A stretch of DNA of 64,000 nt from Kofleriaceae bacterium (GTDB lineage: Bacteria; Myxococcota_A; Polyangia; Haliangiales; Haliangiaceae), in contig JBGARE010000001.1 of NCBI GenBank assembly GCA_044230415.1, forward strand, positions 497,195 through 561,194, in the 5' to 3' direction. Below the pieces are notes generated by a model, which worked only from the letters and a program-made list of their open reading frames with translations, made no database searches and was not told the origin of the DNA. Below, piece after piece: positions 48,451 through 58,300 of this stretch (position 1 is the stretch's first letter; every line of letters begins with the position of its first letter). The position numbers and the translations under genes were made by a program.

Positions 48451-49791
48451 ATGCGCCTCGCGTATCTCCTCGCCTCCACCCTCCTCGCGTCTGCGTGTGT
48501 CGAAACCGTAAGCGACAGCTCCAAGCTCGATAGCGACGAACCGGGCTTCGGCATCGACGATCTCGGCAAGGCCGACGGTGTTCTCTCGAGCGCCGACCGC
48601 GCGCGCATCGAGACCGCGTTCGATCAAGCGATCACGAGCGCCGAGTCGACGGTCGCCCAGCTCGAGACCGAGATCGCTCAGCTCGAAGCGAGCCACGCCG
48701 CGAAGCAAGCCGAAGCAGATCGGCTCGTCGCGCAGATCGCCGCCCGCGAAGAAGACATCCGTCGCAACTTCAACAACAACCTGATCGTCTGCGCGTTCTT
48801 CCCGAGCCCCGCGTGCTTCCTCGCGACCGCGTTGTCGAATGACTCCGCGCTGCGCTCGTTCCGCCAGCAGCTCGCGAGCGCACAAGCGGAGCAGACGCGC
48901 ATCCGCAACGAGATCGGCGCGTACGGCCAGAAGCGCGACGCGATCCGCGCGAAGGTCACGCCGCTGCGCGCCGGCAAGCAGCGCGTGCTCGCGATGCTGA
49001 ACGGCACCGCGCCGCACACGCCGCCGGCCGAGCTCGCGAGCGATCCCGCGACCGCGGAGGCGTACTGGCGCGCGGGAGCGATGTCCGACGTGCAAGCCGC
49101 CGTCGCCGAAGAGGTTCGCTTGCTCCTCGAGCTCCGCGATGCCGCGGTCGAGCTCGCGACCACGCTCGATCAATCGCTGCTCACGCTGCGCCGGCTCGAG
49201 GAGAGCGTCGCCACGCTCGTCGAGAAGCAGCGCGAGCAGTTCATGAAGCTCGTGGTCGGCGTGCTCACGGGAGACCCGGCCGCCGCGGCGCAGAAGTTCC
49301 TCGACGCTCAGATCGCCGCGCGCACGCGAGCCGTGCTGAACACGCTCGAGTGGCCGCTCAACGAGTTCGCGATGTTCCTCGCGAGCAAACGCGGCGATGG
49401 TGACGTGCAGGCGCTCTATCGCAAGTTGCTCGAGAAGCTGATCGCCGATTCGCAGCCGCGCGTAGTGGAGGTCACCACGCCGGTGAATATCCTCGACAAC
49501 ACCGTCGCTTCGTCGCCGGTCACGATCGCGCAGGCGAGCACCGCGGAGAAGGTCGAAGTGCACGTCTCGCTCGAGCACAGCTACGTCGGCGATCTCGTCA
49601 TCTCGCTGACCCACGGCACGAAGACGTGGCTGCTCTCGGAGCGCGTCGGCGGCAGCGCGGACAACCTCGACAAGACGTTCACGCTCCCCGACACGGGCAT
49701 CGCGATGAAGGGTAAGTGGACCCTCGCGATCGAGGACAAAGAAGCGCAGGACCAGGGCAAGCTCCTCGGCTGGGAGCTGATCGCGTACTAA
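48451..49791 (+). CDS. Lipoprotein with a coiled-coil region and a C-terminal proprotein-convertase P-domain (no protease domain)
   Basis: Lipobox LLASAC. Long heptad-rich middle. The C-terminal VEVHVSLEHSYVGDLVISLTHGTKTWLL… GKWTLAIEDKEAQDQGKLLGWELI matches the P-domain (H.Y.GDL.I.L.SP.GT … G.W.L.V.D … G.L..W.L). Confidence 0.65.
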   Translation: MRLAYLLASTLLASACVETVSDSSKLDSDEPGFGIDDLGKADGVLSSADRARIETAFDQAITSAESTVAQLETEIAQLEASHAAKQAEADRLVAQIAAREEDIRRNFNNNLIVCAFFPSPACFLATALSNDSALRSFRQQLASAQAEQTRIRNEIGAYGQKRDAIRAKVTPLRAGKQRVLAMLNGTAPHTPPAELASDPATAEAYWRAGAMSDVQAAVAEEVRLLLELRDAAVELATTLDQSLLTLRRLEESVATLVEKQREQFMKLVVGVLTGDPAAAAQKFLDAQIAARTRAVLNTLEWPLNEFAMFLASKRGDGDVQALYRKLLEKLIADSQPRVVEVTTPVNILDNTVASSPVTIAQASTAEKVEVHVSLEHSYVGDLVISLTHGTKTWLLSERVGGSADNLDKTFTLPDTGIAMKGKWTLAIEDKEAQDQGKLLGWELIAY

Positions 49792-50111
49792 CCGACGCGC
49801 TGCTTCAGCTCTTGAATGTCGCGCTCGCAGGTCGTCACGCGAGCGTCGAGATCGCGCCGATCGGTCAGCAGCACCTTCACGTCGTTCAACGTGCCGGCCA
49901 TATCGGTGATGGCCGTCGCGAGGCGCACCTCGGTCTCGACGAGCCGCTGGTTCGTCTGATCGATCCGTGCACCGAGGTGGTCGATCCGCTGGTTGGTCTG
50001 ATCGATGCGCGCACTGAGCTCGACCCGGGTCTGATCGAGTCGTTCGTTGGTCTGGGTGATCTGGTCTCGAATCTCGATCAGTACACGAACGGTGATGTCG
50101 TCGTTCTGCAT
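49788..50111 (-). CDS. Small coiled-coil protein (107 aa) with tandem 11-14-residue repeats
   Basis: MQNDDITVRVLIEIRDQITQTNERLDQTRVELSARIDQTNQRIDHLGARIDQTNQRLVETEV…; the DNA carries matching tandem repeats at about 49,920-50,040. The rest of the 684-aa raw ORF upstream is antisense to the next gene and was discarded. Confidence 0.5.
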   Translation of the reverse strand: MQNDDITVRVLIEIRDQITQTNERLDQTRVELSARIDQTNQRIDHLGARIDQTNQRLVETEVRLATAITDMAGTLNDVKVLLTDRRDLDARVTTCERDIQELKQRVG

Positions 50112-50267
50112 GGCGCTGCTCCAGTCTACAAGGGTGTGCAGCGTGGGACGAGCAGTATCCGTGCCGCGCGGAACCACGCGACATGACTCGTCCTCGTCGA
50201 CAAACGCGGCCGGAATTCGGACGAGGCGGCGGATCGATCTGCGCGTGCGAGTGATACAAACGCGCGC

Positions 50268-51653
50268 ATGACCACGGCGCGTACCTCCCTCTCCGAGAAG
50301 AAGCTGGCGAAAGTTCTGGAGCGCGTGCAGCGCGCGCAGAACAAGGTCTTCGAGCGCTATCCGGGCGACTCCGGCGCGCGCCAACCCGTGCACACCGTGT
50401 ACGGCGGCGCGCATCTGTTCACGGCCGACACCGCGAAGAAGCTCGGCGAGCTCTCGCTGCGCGCGCTCGACACGTACGCCCCCGACGCGGCGTCGTTCTC
50501 CGAAGCGATCGGCATCCGCGGCGATCTCGCGCCGAAGGTCTACGAGCGCGTGCGCGAGAAGCTGCGCCGCGAAGCCGTCGAGGACTTCCGCATCGACTTC
50601 GAGGACGGCTACGGCAATCGCCCCGACGCCGAAGAAGACGGTCACGCCGCCGCCGCGGGCATCCAGGTCGCCGCCGGCATGGCCGCCGGTTCGCTGCCGC
50701 CGTTCCTCGGCATTCGCATCAAGCCGCTGACCCGCGATCTCGCGGCGCGCTCGCTGCGCACGCTCGACATCTTCCTCACCGAGCTTCTCGACAAGAGCGG
50801 CGGTCAGCTGCCGCAGAACTTCGTCGTCACGCTGCCGAAGATCCTCTCGCGTATGGACGTCACCGCGCTCGTCGACACGTTCGAGCTCCTCGAGGAACGC
50901 CTCGAGCTGCCGGGCGGATCGCTCAAGGTCGAGTTCATGGTCGAGACCACGCAATCGATCTTCGATCCGAAGGGCCGCTCGATCCTGCCGCGCCTCCACG
51001 ACGCCGCGCGCGGTCGCCTCACGGGCGCGCACTTCGGAACGTATGACTACACCGCGAACTGCGACATCACCGCCGCGCATCAGCGCATGCGCCACCCGGC
51101 GTGCGACTTCGCGAAGCACGTGATGAAGGTGACGTTCGCGGGCACCGGCGTCATGCTCTCCGACGGCGCGACGAACATCATGCCGATCGCTCCGCACAAG
51201 GGATCGAAGGAAGCACCGCTCCTGACCGAAGATCAGAAGCGCGAGAACAAGGCCGCGGTCTACGCCGCCTGGCGCCTCCACGCCGACGACGTTCGCCACT
51301 CGCTCGTCAACGGCTTCTACCAGGGCTGGGATCTCCACCCGGGCCAGCTGCCCACGCGCTACGGCGCGGTCTACGCGTTCTTCCTCGATGGCTTCGCATC
51401 CGCGAGCGAGCGCCTCTCGAACTTCGTCGGCAAGGCCGCCCAGGCAACGCTCGTCGGCGACGTGTTCGACGACGCGGCGACCGGCCAGGGCCTCCTCAAC
51501 TACTTCCTGCGCGGCATCGCGTGCGGCGCCGTCACCGAGCAAGAAGCGCTCGCGACCGGCCTCTCTCTCGACGAGATTCGCTCGAAGTCGTTCGTGAAGA
51601 TCATGGCCGCACGCCGCGCGCAGCCGGCTCCGTCGGCTCCGTCGGCTCAGTAA
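50268..51653 (+). CDS. Hypothetical protein, possibly an HpcH/HpaI-aldolase / citrate-lyase-beta-like TIM-barrel enzyme
   Basis: 461-aa ORF with an IDFEDGYG segment and an overall pattern resembling PEP/oxo-acid-utilising TIM-barrel lyases. Assignment is weak. Confidence 0.4.
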   Translation: MTTARTSLSEKKLAKVLERVQRAQNKVFERYPGDSGARQPVHTVYGGAHLFTADTAKKLGELSLRALDTYAPDAASFSEAIGIRGDLAPKVYERVREKLRREAVEDFRIDFEDGYGNRPDAEEDGHAAAAGIQVAAGMAAGSLPPFLGIRIKPLTRDLAARSLRTLDIFLTELLDKSGGQLPQNFVVTLPKILSRMDVTALVDTFELLEERLELPGGSLKVEFMVETTQSIFDPKGRSILPRLHDAARGRLTGAHFGTYDYTANCDITAAHQRMRHPACDFAKHVMKVTFAGTGVMLSDGATNIMPIAPHKGSKEAPLLTEDQKRENKAAVYAAWRLHADDVRHSLVNGFYQGWDLHPGQLPTRYGAVYAFFLDGFASASERLSNFVGKAAQATLVGDVFDDAATGQGLLNYFLRGIACGAVTEQEALATGLSLDEIRSKSFVKIMAARRAQPAPSAPSAQ

Positions 51654-52240
51654 TACGGCGCCGTTCCCGGCTTCACCGTGCTCCACGTGTAGCCGACGCT
51701 GATCCCCAGCTGCAGCTGGTTGAAGTCCGGCGCGCCCAAGTTCAGGTGCCGCGTCGCACGCGCATCGATGCCGATGCGCACGCCCCAGATATCGAGGCCC
51801 ACGCTCGCCATCGCGATCGGTCCCCACGCGCCGCCGCCCCAATCGTCAGCGACCTTGTCGATCGTGATCGCGTGAATGCCAACGCCGAGGATCGCGCGCA
51901 TCGCCTTCACCTTGACGCCACCGGCCCACACCACCGGCATCGAGAAGCCCTTGTCGTCGCCATCGCCCCAACACTCGAACCCCGCGAGGAAGCCGACCAC
52001 GGGACCGAACGTCATGTGCGGCGCCATCACGGGAAGCAGCTCGTACTCGAGCCGCGCGACCCAGCCCTCGTCGGCCCAGCCGAACACGGCGCTTCCGCCC
52101 AGGCCCGCGGGCGGATGCCGATGGCGCGGCTCGACCGCGGCCCGTGGCCTGTCGTCGGAGACGGCCTCGGCCGCCTTCTGCGCCAGCGCGCTCCGTCCCA
52201 CGAGGGCCAGCGAGACGAGCGCAAAGGCAAGCGACCTCAC
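51647..52240 (-). CDS. Hypothetical secreted / outer-membrane protein
   Basis: Signal peptide MRSLAFALVSLALVGRSALA, Gly/aromatic-rich beta pattern, C-terminal …GTAPYY. Confidence 0.5.
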   Translation of the reverse strand: MRSLAFALVSLALVGRSALAQKAAEAVSDDRPRAAVEPRHRHPPAGLGGSAVFGWADEGWVARLEYELLPVMAPHMTFGPVVGFLAGFECWGDGDDKGFSMPVVWAGGVKVKAMRAILGVGIHAITIDKVADDWGGGAWGPIAMASVGLDIWGVRIGIDARATRHLNLGAPDFNQLQLGISVGYTWSTVKPGTAPYY

Positions 52241-52320
52241 GACTTGGAAACGTCGTGGGACGTCCAGCGCTTACACCGTTGCGGTCCCGCGGCGGTTCGG
52301 GTAGAAAACCCGCTCGTCAC

Positions 52321-52397
52321 GGTGGTCATAGCTCAGTTGGTAGAGCGCCAGGTTGTGGTCCTGGATGTCGCGGGTTCGAACCCCGTTGATCACCCCA
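52321..52397 (+). tRNA. tRNA-His: tRNA-His (anticodon GUG)
   Basis: Cloverleaf read by hand. G-1 paired to discriminator C73 (a His-tRNA hallmark). 7-bp acceptor stem GTGGTCA/TGATCAC. D-arm GCTC-AGTTGGTA-GAGC. Anticodon stem CCAGG/CCTGG with loop TTGTGGT (GTG). T-arm GCGGG-TTCGAAC-CCCGT. 3'-CCA encoded. Confidence 0.85.
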
Positions 52398-52404
52398 AGT
52401 AGAG

Positions 52405-53511
52405 TCAGCGCTGCAAGTAGATGAAGGTGACCGCGGTGCACACGGGCACTGCCTCTCCATTGATCGAGTACGGGGAGTACCGCCACGTCGCGATCCCGGT
52501 CAGCAGATCGCGATCGTAGGCCGGGAAGCCCGTCGAGCGCATCGGCAGCACGGACTCGACGCGTCCCTCCACATCGAGACACACGCGGAACGATCCTTTG
52601 ATCTCCTGACCGCGATACTTCGCGATCTCCGGCTTGGTCGCATCGTCGGGAACAATGGTGCGCCGCCCAGCGATCCGCTTGCCTTCCATCAGCGTCACGA
52701 AGGCTCGCTGCGCGAGTGATAGCGGCGGTCGCACGAACTTCGATTTCGGCGGCGGCAACGGGAGCTCCTCGATCGGCGGTGCCTTGTCCGCCGGATACGA
52801 CATCTGCACCATCGAGCACACCGGGACCGGCTGTCCCGCGTGGAGGAACGGCCGAAATGTCCACGTGCGCGCGGCTGTCACGAACGCATCCATCATCACG
52901 TACGAGGGAGGCGTGTATGGATGGACGTCGGTCACGGCGCCGCTCTCGTCGAGGCAGACCTTCAGCCACATCACGGCGGCCTCATCGCCCGGCGACAGCT
53001 CGCGCGCGAAGCTAGCCGTCGTCGCCGCATCGAACACCGGCACGCGTTGCCCGCCCGTTCGCAGCGCTTCGAACGCGGCCGTGTCCAGCGTGGGAGCGTT
53101 CGGTGTCCCGGGGTGCTGCGACGCGAACCCGATCCACGTCAGCTGCGATCGGTCCCGCATGCGAATGATCCGCGCCTCGACCTCGAAGCCCGGGCCATAG
53201 CTGAGGACGGCGACATCGCCGAGGGCATCCTCTCGCCCATTCGGATGAAGCCGGAGCGTCGACAGACAGCGCGCGAGCTCCGCGAGCTTGTCCGCGTGGA
53301 CTTCTCCCGGAGGAAACGCAGAGGCGCACGCGGCGTCGTCGAACAGCAGGTTGCCCAGCGTGACGGAGTCATGCAGCAACGTGGCGATCGTGGCCGGCTC
53401 GCCCGACAGGTCGTTGGCCGAGGCCTTCGCCGCTTCGCGTGCGTCGGGAGGCTTGAGCCCTGGACCACACGCCCCGATCACCACCGCCAGCACGAACGCT
53501 GCTCGCGACAT
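52405..53511 (-). CDS. Hypothetical lipoprotein with a possible TonB-C-like C-terminal domain
   Basis: Lipobox AVVIGACG after MSRAAFVL. C-terminal …INGEAVPVCTAVTFIYLQR. Begins 8 bp after the tRNA-His 3' end, on the opposite strand. Confidence 0.5.
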   Translation of the reverse strand: MSRAAFVLAVVIGACGPGLKPPDAREAAKASANDLSGEPATIATLLHDSVTLGNLLFDDAACASAFPPGEVHADKLAELARCLSTLRLHPNGREDALGDVAVLSYGPGFEVEARIIRMRDRSQLTWIGFASQHPGTPNAPTLDTAAFEALRTGGQRVPVFDAATTASFARELSPGDEAAVMWLKVCLDESGAVTDVHPYTPPSYVMMDAFVTAARTWTFRPFLHAGQPVPVCSMVQMSYPADKAPPIEELPLPPPKSKFVRPPLSLAQRAFVTLMEGKRIAGRRTIVPDDATKPEIAKYRGQEIKGSFRVCLDVEGRVESVLPMRSTGFPAYDRDLLTGIATWRYSPYSINGEAVPVCTAVTFIYLQR

Positions 53512-53721
53512 GTGCCGAGGATACACGCGAGGTGCGCACGACTCGAAGTCGAGGAGTCCAATCGTATTGAGATCGAACAGCGCCGTGATCGAAGGCGTGC
53601 ACGCACAATTCGTGGTCAGTGGAACGCCGCGCACACTAGGTGCCGGTGCTCCTCTCTCGATTCGTCGCCACCAACGTCGATCGAGAACGTGGCCCATTCG
53701 TGAGGGAACGCTTCCGGCTGG

Positions 53722-53736
53722 TTTGAAAGATTCAAA
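53722..53736. promoter_or_regulatory. Perfect AT-rich palindrome TTTGAA-AGA-TTCAAA in the lower-GC intergenic region upstream of the DUF222 gene
   Basis: Seen directly. It lies in a 360-bp intergenic region that is conspicuously AT-richer than the genome. Confidence 0.3.
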
Positions 53737-53869
53737 TCTCCCAAACGGAGCGTCTGCGCGAGGGTGCGGCTGGAGCGTTCTCGTCCGTGGTTCGTCGCGT
53801 TCTTCTCGCGGAACGCAACAACGAGATCGTCATTGCGAGATCGTGAGTGTCAGAGTCGGATGATAGTCA

Positions 53870-55238
53870 ATGATCATGTCCGTCGATCTCGATGATCTGG
53901 GCGAGCGCATCGCAACGCACGCCGCCCACCTCGACGCCGCCACCCACACGCTGCTCACCGACCTGCGCGAGTTCGACGCCGCGAACGGTTGGTACAAGCA
54001 AGGCGCTCGCTCGTGCGCCGATTGGCTCTCGTGGCGAGTCGGCTGGAACATCGGCACCGCGCGCGAGCACCTTCGCGTCGCTCGCAGGCTCGCCGAGCTG
54101 CCGTTGATCGATGACGCTCTTCGGCGTGGCTCCATCTCGTACGTGAAGGTCCGCGCGATCACGCGTGTCGCGACCACGGCGAACGAGGCACTGCTCCTGA
54201 CCGACGCGCAGCACGCGACCGGCTCGCAGCTCGAGCGCATCTGTTGCAAGTACGCGGCCGTCGTTCGCGCCTCGAAGGAACCCGACGAGGGCTACGACCG
54301 CGATCGTCGCTATCTTCGTCGTTTCGATCTCGGCGACGGAATGGTGAAGATCGATGGCGTCTTTTATTTTGAAGAAGCGGCGATGATCTGGGCAGCGCTC
54401 GAGGCCGTCGCTCGCGCTCGCACGAGCGAGCATCCTCGGGCCGAGACAACCAGCGGCGCGGAGACCGCAACAACACGCGATGGCGCCGCCGTCGCGATGG
54501 CGCTCGATGCTCCATCGATGGGCACTATTCCGAAGCGTGAGCGAGAGGCTCGATTCGATCGCGCCGATGCCTTGGTCTCGCTCGCTCGCGACACGTTGCG
54601 CGGCGATCGCGTGCACGCCGTCCCGACGGAGCTGGTCGTCACCGTTGCCGCCGAGACGCTGGCGAATCCGTTGAGCGCGCCCCGATCCGTTCGCGGTCAC
54701 GAGCGATGGCACCTGCGTTTCCGCGGAAACGGCCCGTCGCCTCGCGTGCGACTGCGGCGTCGTCCACATGGTCGAGGATCAGGCCGGCACGACGCTGTCC
54801 GTCGGTCGGAAGACGCGCTCGATCCCCGCGTCGATGAAGCGTGCGCTGTTGAAACGAGACACGACGTGCCGCTTCCCGGGCTGCTGCAACCGCATCTTCG
54901 TCGAGGGTCACCATATCCATCACTGGGCCAATGGTGGCGAGACCTCGCTCGGAAACCTGGTCGGCCTGTGCAGCCACCACCACCGCTTTGTCCACGAGTA
55001 CGGCTATCGCGTCGAGCTCGACGAGCGCCAGCAGCCGCGGTTCTTCGATCATTGCGATCGATTGGTCACGGATGCGCCTCCGCGCCCAGCACCGCGACGG
55101 CTCGGAATGCAGGCACTGGTCGACAGGCACCGCGAGCTCGACATTTCCGCGGACACGAACGAGCCGCGATGGGACGGCGATCCCGTGAACTATCCGTGGG
55201 TCATCGGGGATCTCGTCCGCGTCGATGGACTCCACTAG
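53870..55238 (+). pseudogene. DUF222-family HNH endonuclease, interrupted by a frameshift (N-terminal DUF222 region in one frame, CDC…HNH domain in another)
   Basis: Frame A (53870-about 54690) gives the typical DUF222 N-terminus (…ADWLSWRVGWNIGTAREHLRVARRLAELP…). Frame B (open from 54675 to 55238) gives DGTCVSAETARRLACDCGVVHMV…CRFPGCCNRIFVEGHHIHHWANGGETSLGNLVGLCSHHHRFVHE, the canonical HNH end of the same family. A TGA at 54672-54674 closes frame B just upstream. Confidence 0.6.
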
Positions 55239-55354
55239 GTTAGATCGTGACCGCGTGGCCATCGCGTACGGGAGGCGATCTCGGTCAACTCGATCGGGTT
55301 CATCACCCCACGTTGATGTGAAACGCGGTGGCTGCATCGGGCTCTACCCGTTCG

Positions 55355-58300
55355 ATGCCGAATGTTCGTCGTGCCTTCGCACTCCTCATGCTCGCGGCTT
55401 GTGCCGACGATGCAACCAGCCCACCCGAAACCGTCACGATAGCCAAGGGCGAGAACGAGGCGTGCCCGGTCGGCGCCGTCTCGTTCCCGACCAAGCTTCC
55501 CGACGCGGCGACTCCCGCTCTCGGGGCGCTGCCCGGTGCGTTCGATGTGACGCCGTCGGGCGACGCCGCCTACTCGATTCCCCTCGCGCTGCCACCGACT
55601 CCCACGGTGCTGCCGTTTCCACTCTCGCTCGAGTATCGAGCGAGTGGTGGCGACAGCTTCTTGGGAACCGGCTTCTCGCTGGCGGGCCTGTCGGTGATCT
55701 CGCGTTGCCCGCGAACCTTCGCGCGCGATCTCGAAGTTCGTGCCGTGCAATACGACGACACCGACAACTTCTGCCTCGACGGCAAACGCCTCGAGAACGT
55801 CGGCGTCGATACCTACCGGACGTATCCGGACACGTTCGTCCGCATTCGAGCGAATCGCAACGCCGACAAGGAGATCGAGTCGTTCACGCTCCGAGCTCCG
55901 AGCGGCGTCCACTACACGTACGGCGGAACCGATCACGGCCGCGTGCTCGCGTATTCGGACAAGCTCGTCAACACGGGCTGGCTCCTCGACAAGATCTCGA
56001 CGGACACGACCCCGCTCGGGGTCGACATCGACTACACGAACATCAAGGATCAGACGCTCGGGTATACGACCGAGGTCGTCCCTGCGTCGGCCACGTACGG
56101 CGAGGCCCAGATCCAGTTCGCGTACGATTCGAAGGCACCGGAGGACGTTCGCGAGAGTTGGAACCACGGGATGCGAATGACGCGCTCGTTGCAGTTGCGA
56201 CACATCGCGATGGGAACGCTCGGCGGCGAGCTGACCGCGCGCAAGTACGTGTTCGGCTACGACGCCGGAAAGCGAACGCGTCGGACGAATCTCGTGTCGG
56301 TCAAGCAATGCGATGCGAGCAATGCTTGCCAGCCTCCGACGACGTTCACGTACGACAGCACACCGCTCGGGAGAAACGAGCTCTCGTGGACCGACACGCA
56401 AGGCGTGATCCCGCCACCGGTCGCAGCACAGGCGACCGTGATGGCGATGGATGTCACCGGCGATGGGCTCGACGATCTCGTCACCGCCGACACGACGCCC
56501 ACGCCATCGGCGACGACGGTGTGGAGCATTGCCCGCAATATCGGCGACGGAAAGTTCGCCGCGCCGGTCGTCGCGTTGACGGAGCCGATGCGGCAGATAA
56601 CAGCTGTGTCGGCAGACTCGGTGATTCTCGACCGCGGAACAGCGATCGACTACAACGGTGACGGCCTCCTCGACATCTTGCTCCACGACGTCGACGGCCA
56701 ATTTGCCAACTGGCAGGTGCTGCTCTCGGCGTTCGGATCGACCTCGTTCACGCGCTTCGATACGGGCATCGCGCGGCCGTTCGCGTCGACGATCCCGAAG
56801 GGCTTGGTCGGTATCGACGGCTCCGTGCATCTCGCGGACTTCGACGGTGACGGGGTCTCGGATCTCGTGCAGTGCAAGAGCGCGGGTAACAGCCAGTGGA
56901 CGTGGACCGTCAACACGTGGAGAGGGCCGCCGGTGTACGCGGCCGGCTTCGATCCCTTCGCGCTGGTGATCGAAAACAGCGAGTTCAACTCGCACGCATT
57001 CACGCTGCGCGGCTATCCATGTGACACACCGGTGATTCCACTCGATGTGGATCACGATGGCCGCATGGACTTGCTCGTTCGCGAAGTGTTGTTCGCCGAC
57101 GGCACGAATCCGACGCAGTACGGCAGCAAGCTGTTCGCGATCGGGCGTCATGGGACGTGGTCGAGCTTCGAGGTAACCGATCCGAAGCTGCCGGCGCCCA
57201 CGGGGCAGCTCGCGTTTGCCGACATCAACGGAGACGGCTTGCTCGACGCGCTGTCGACGCCTGCCGTGCCAAACACGAACTTCGACGTCAGGATCAATCA
57301 AGGTGGCACCTTCGGGCCGGCGACCAACGCATTGCCGTCGTCGCAGATGGTGGTCGACGTGTCGCTGAACCTCGCCGCACCGACCGATGTCGATGGTGAC
57401 GGCCGTCAGGACGTGATCGTTCCGATCAAGACGAGCGGCAGTTTCGTTCAATGGAAGGTTCTTCACGCTCGCAATGACGGGCAGGCGATCGCAGGGGCTC
57501 CGCTGGAAGTGTGGAGCCCGGGATTTCCGACCGACCTCGAGTTTCAGATCGACCAGGAACCCACGCTCTCCCATCCGCTCGCGCCTCGCGTCGCCGACGT
57601 CGACGGCAACGGTGCACACGACGTGTTGTTGTTCACGGGCGGCAAACTGCATGCCTTCAAGAGCAAGGCGTTCGAAGAGGACATGCTCGCGACCATCACC
57701 ACCGGATCCAATGCAAGGGCTCCGGGGGATGCCAAGTTCGTTCCCGACGTGTCCATTTCGTATGGACACTTGGTCGATCGGTTCATCACCGACGGTGGCG
57801 CATCAGCGCCAGAGAAGTATCTGTATCTGTCGCGCTCCGACAAGACGAACACCTGCGAGTACCCGCGCCGCTGCGCGGTCGGCGCACGTCGCGTGGTCGC
57901 GAAGTACGAGACGAACAATGGTGCCGACGTGAAGCACGTCTTCGATCTGCACTATCGCGACGGTCGGGTGCATCTCCGCGGCTGGGGTTGGCTCGGCTTC
58001 GGTACGCAGATCCTGCTCGACGACGCGAACAAGGCGACAAAGACAACGACGTTCGAGAATCGTACACCGGCGGCGATCTTCGGCGACTACCCGTTAGCGG
58101 AACGCGCGGCATCGGTCGTCACCACGGTGCGCGCGAAAGCGACCGACCCGAACCCGAACCGGATCGATTCGTTCCGGATCGACATCACGCGTGAGATGGA
58201 AGTAATCAACACGAGCACTGGTCTGCAGTACTTTGTCGCGCCGACGGCGACGCGAGAGCAGACGTTGCAGGACGGTGTGATCGTTTCGGATGCCCGGACC

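Noticed and set aside
48319-50259. 646-aa minus-strand ORF
   Set aside because: Antisense of the P-domain lipoprotein; low-complexity translation.
49788-51842. 684-aa minus-strand ORF
   Set aside because: Only the last 107 codons (49788..50111) look genuine. The remainder is antisense to the 461-aa aldolase-like gene and Arg-rich.
52144-52389. 81-aa ORF overlapping the tRNA-His
   Set aside because: It overlaps a well-formed tRNA and is Arg/Pro-rich, so it is not a gene.
55235-57769. 844-aa minus-strand ORF
   Set aside because: Antisense of the Rhs toxin gene.
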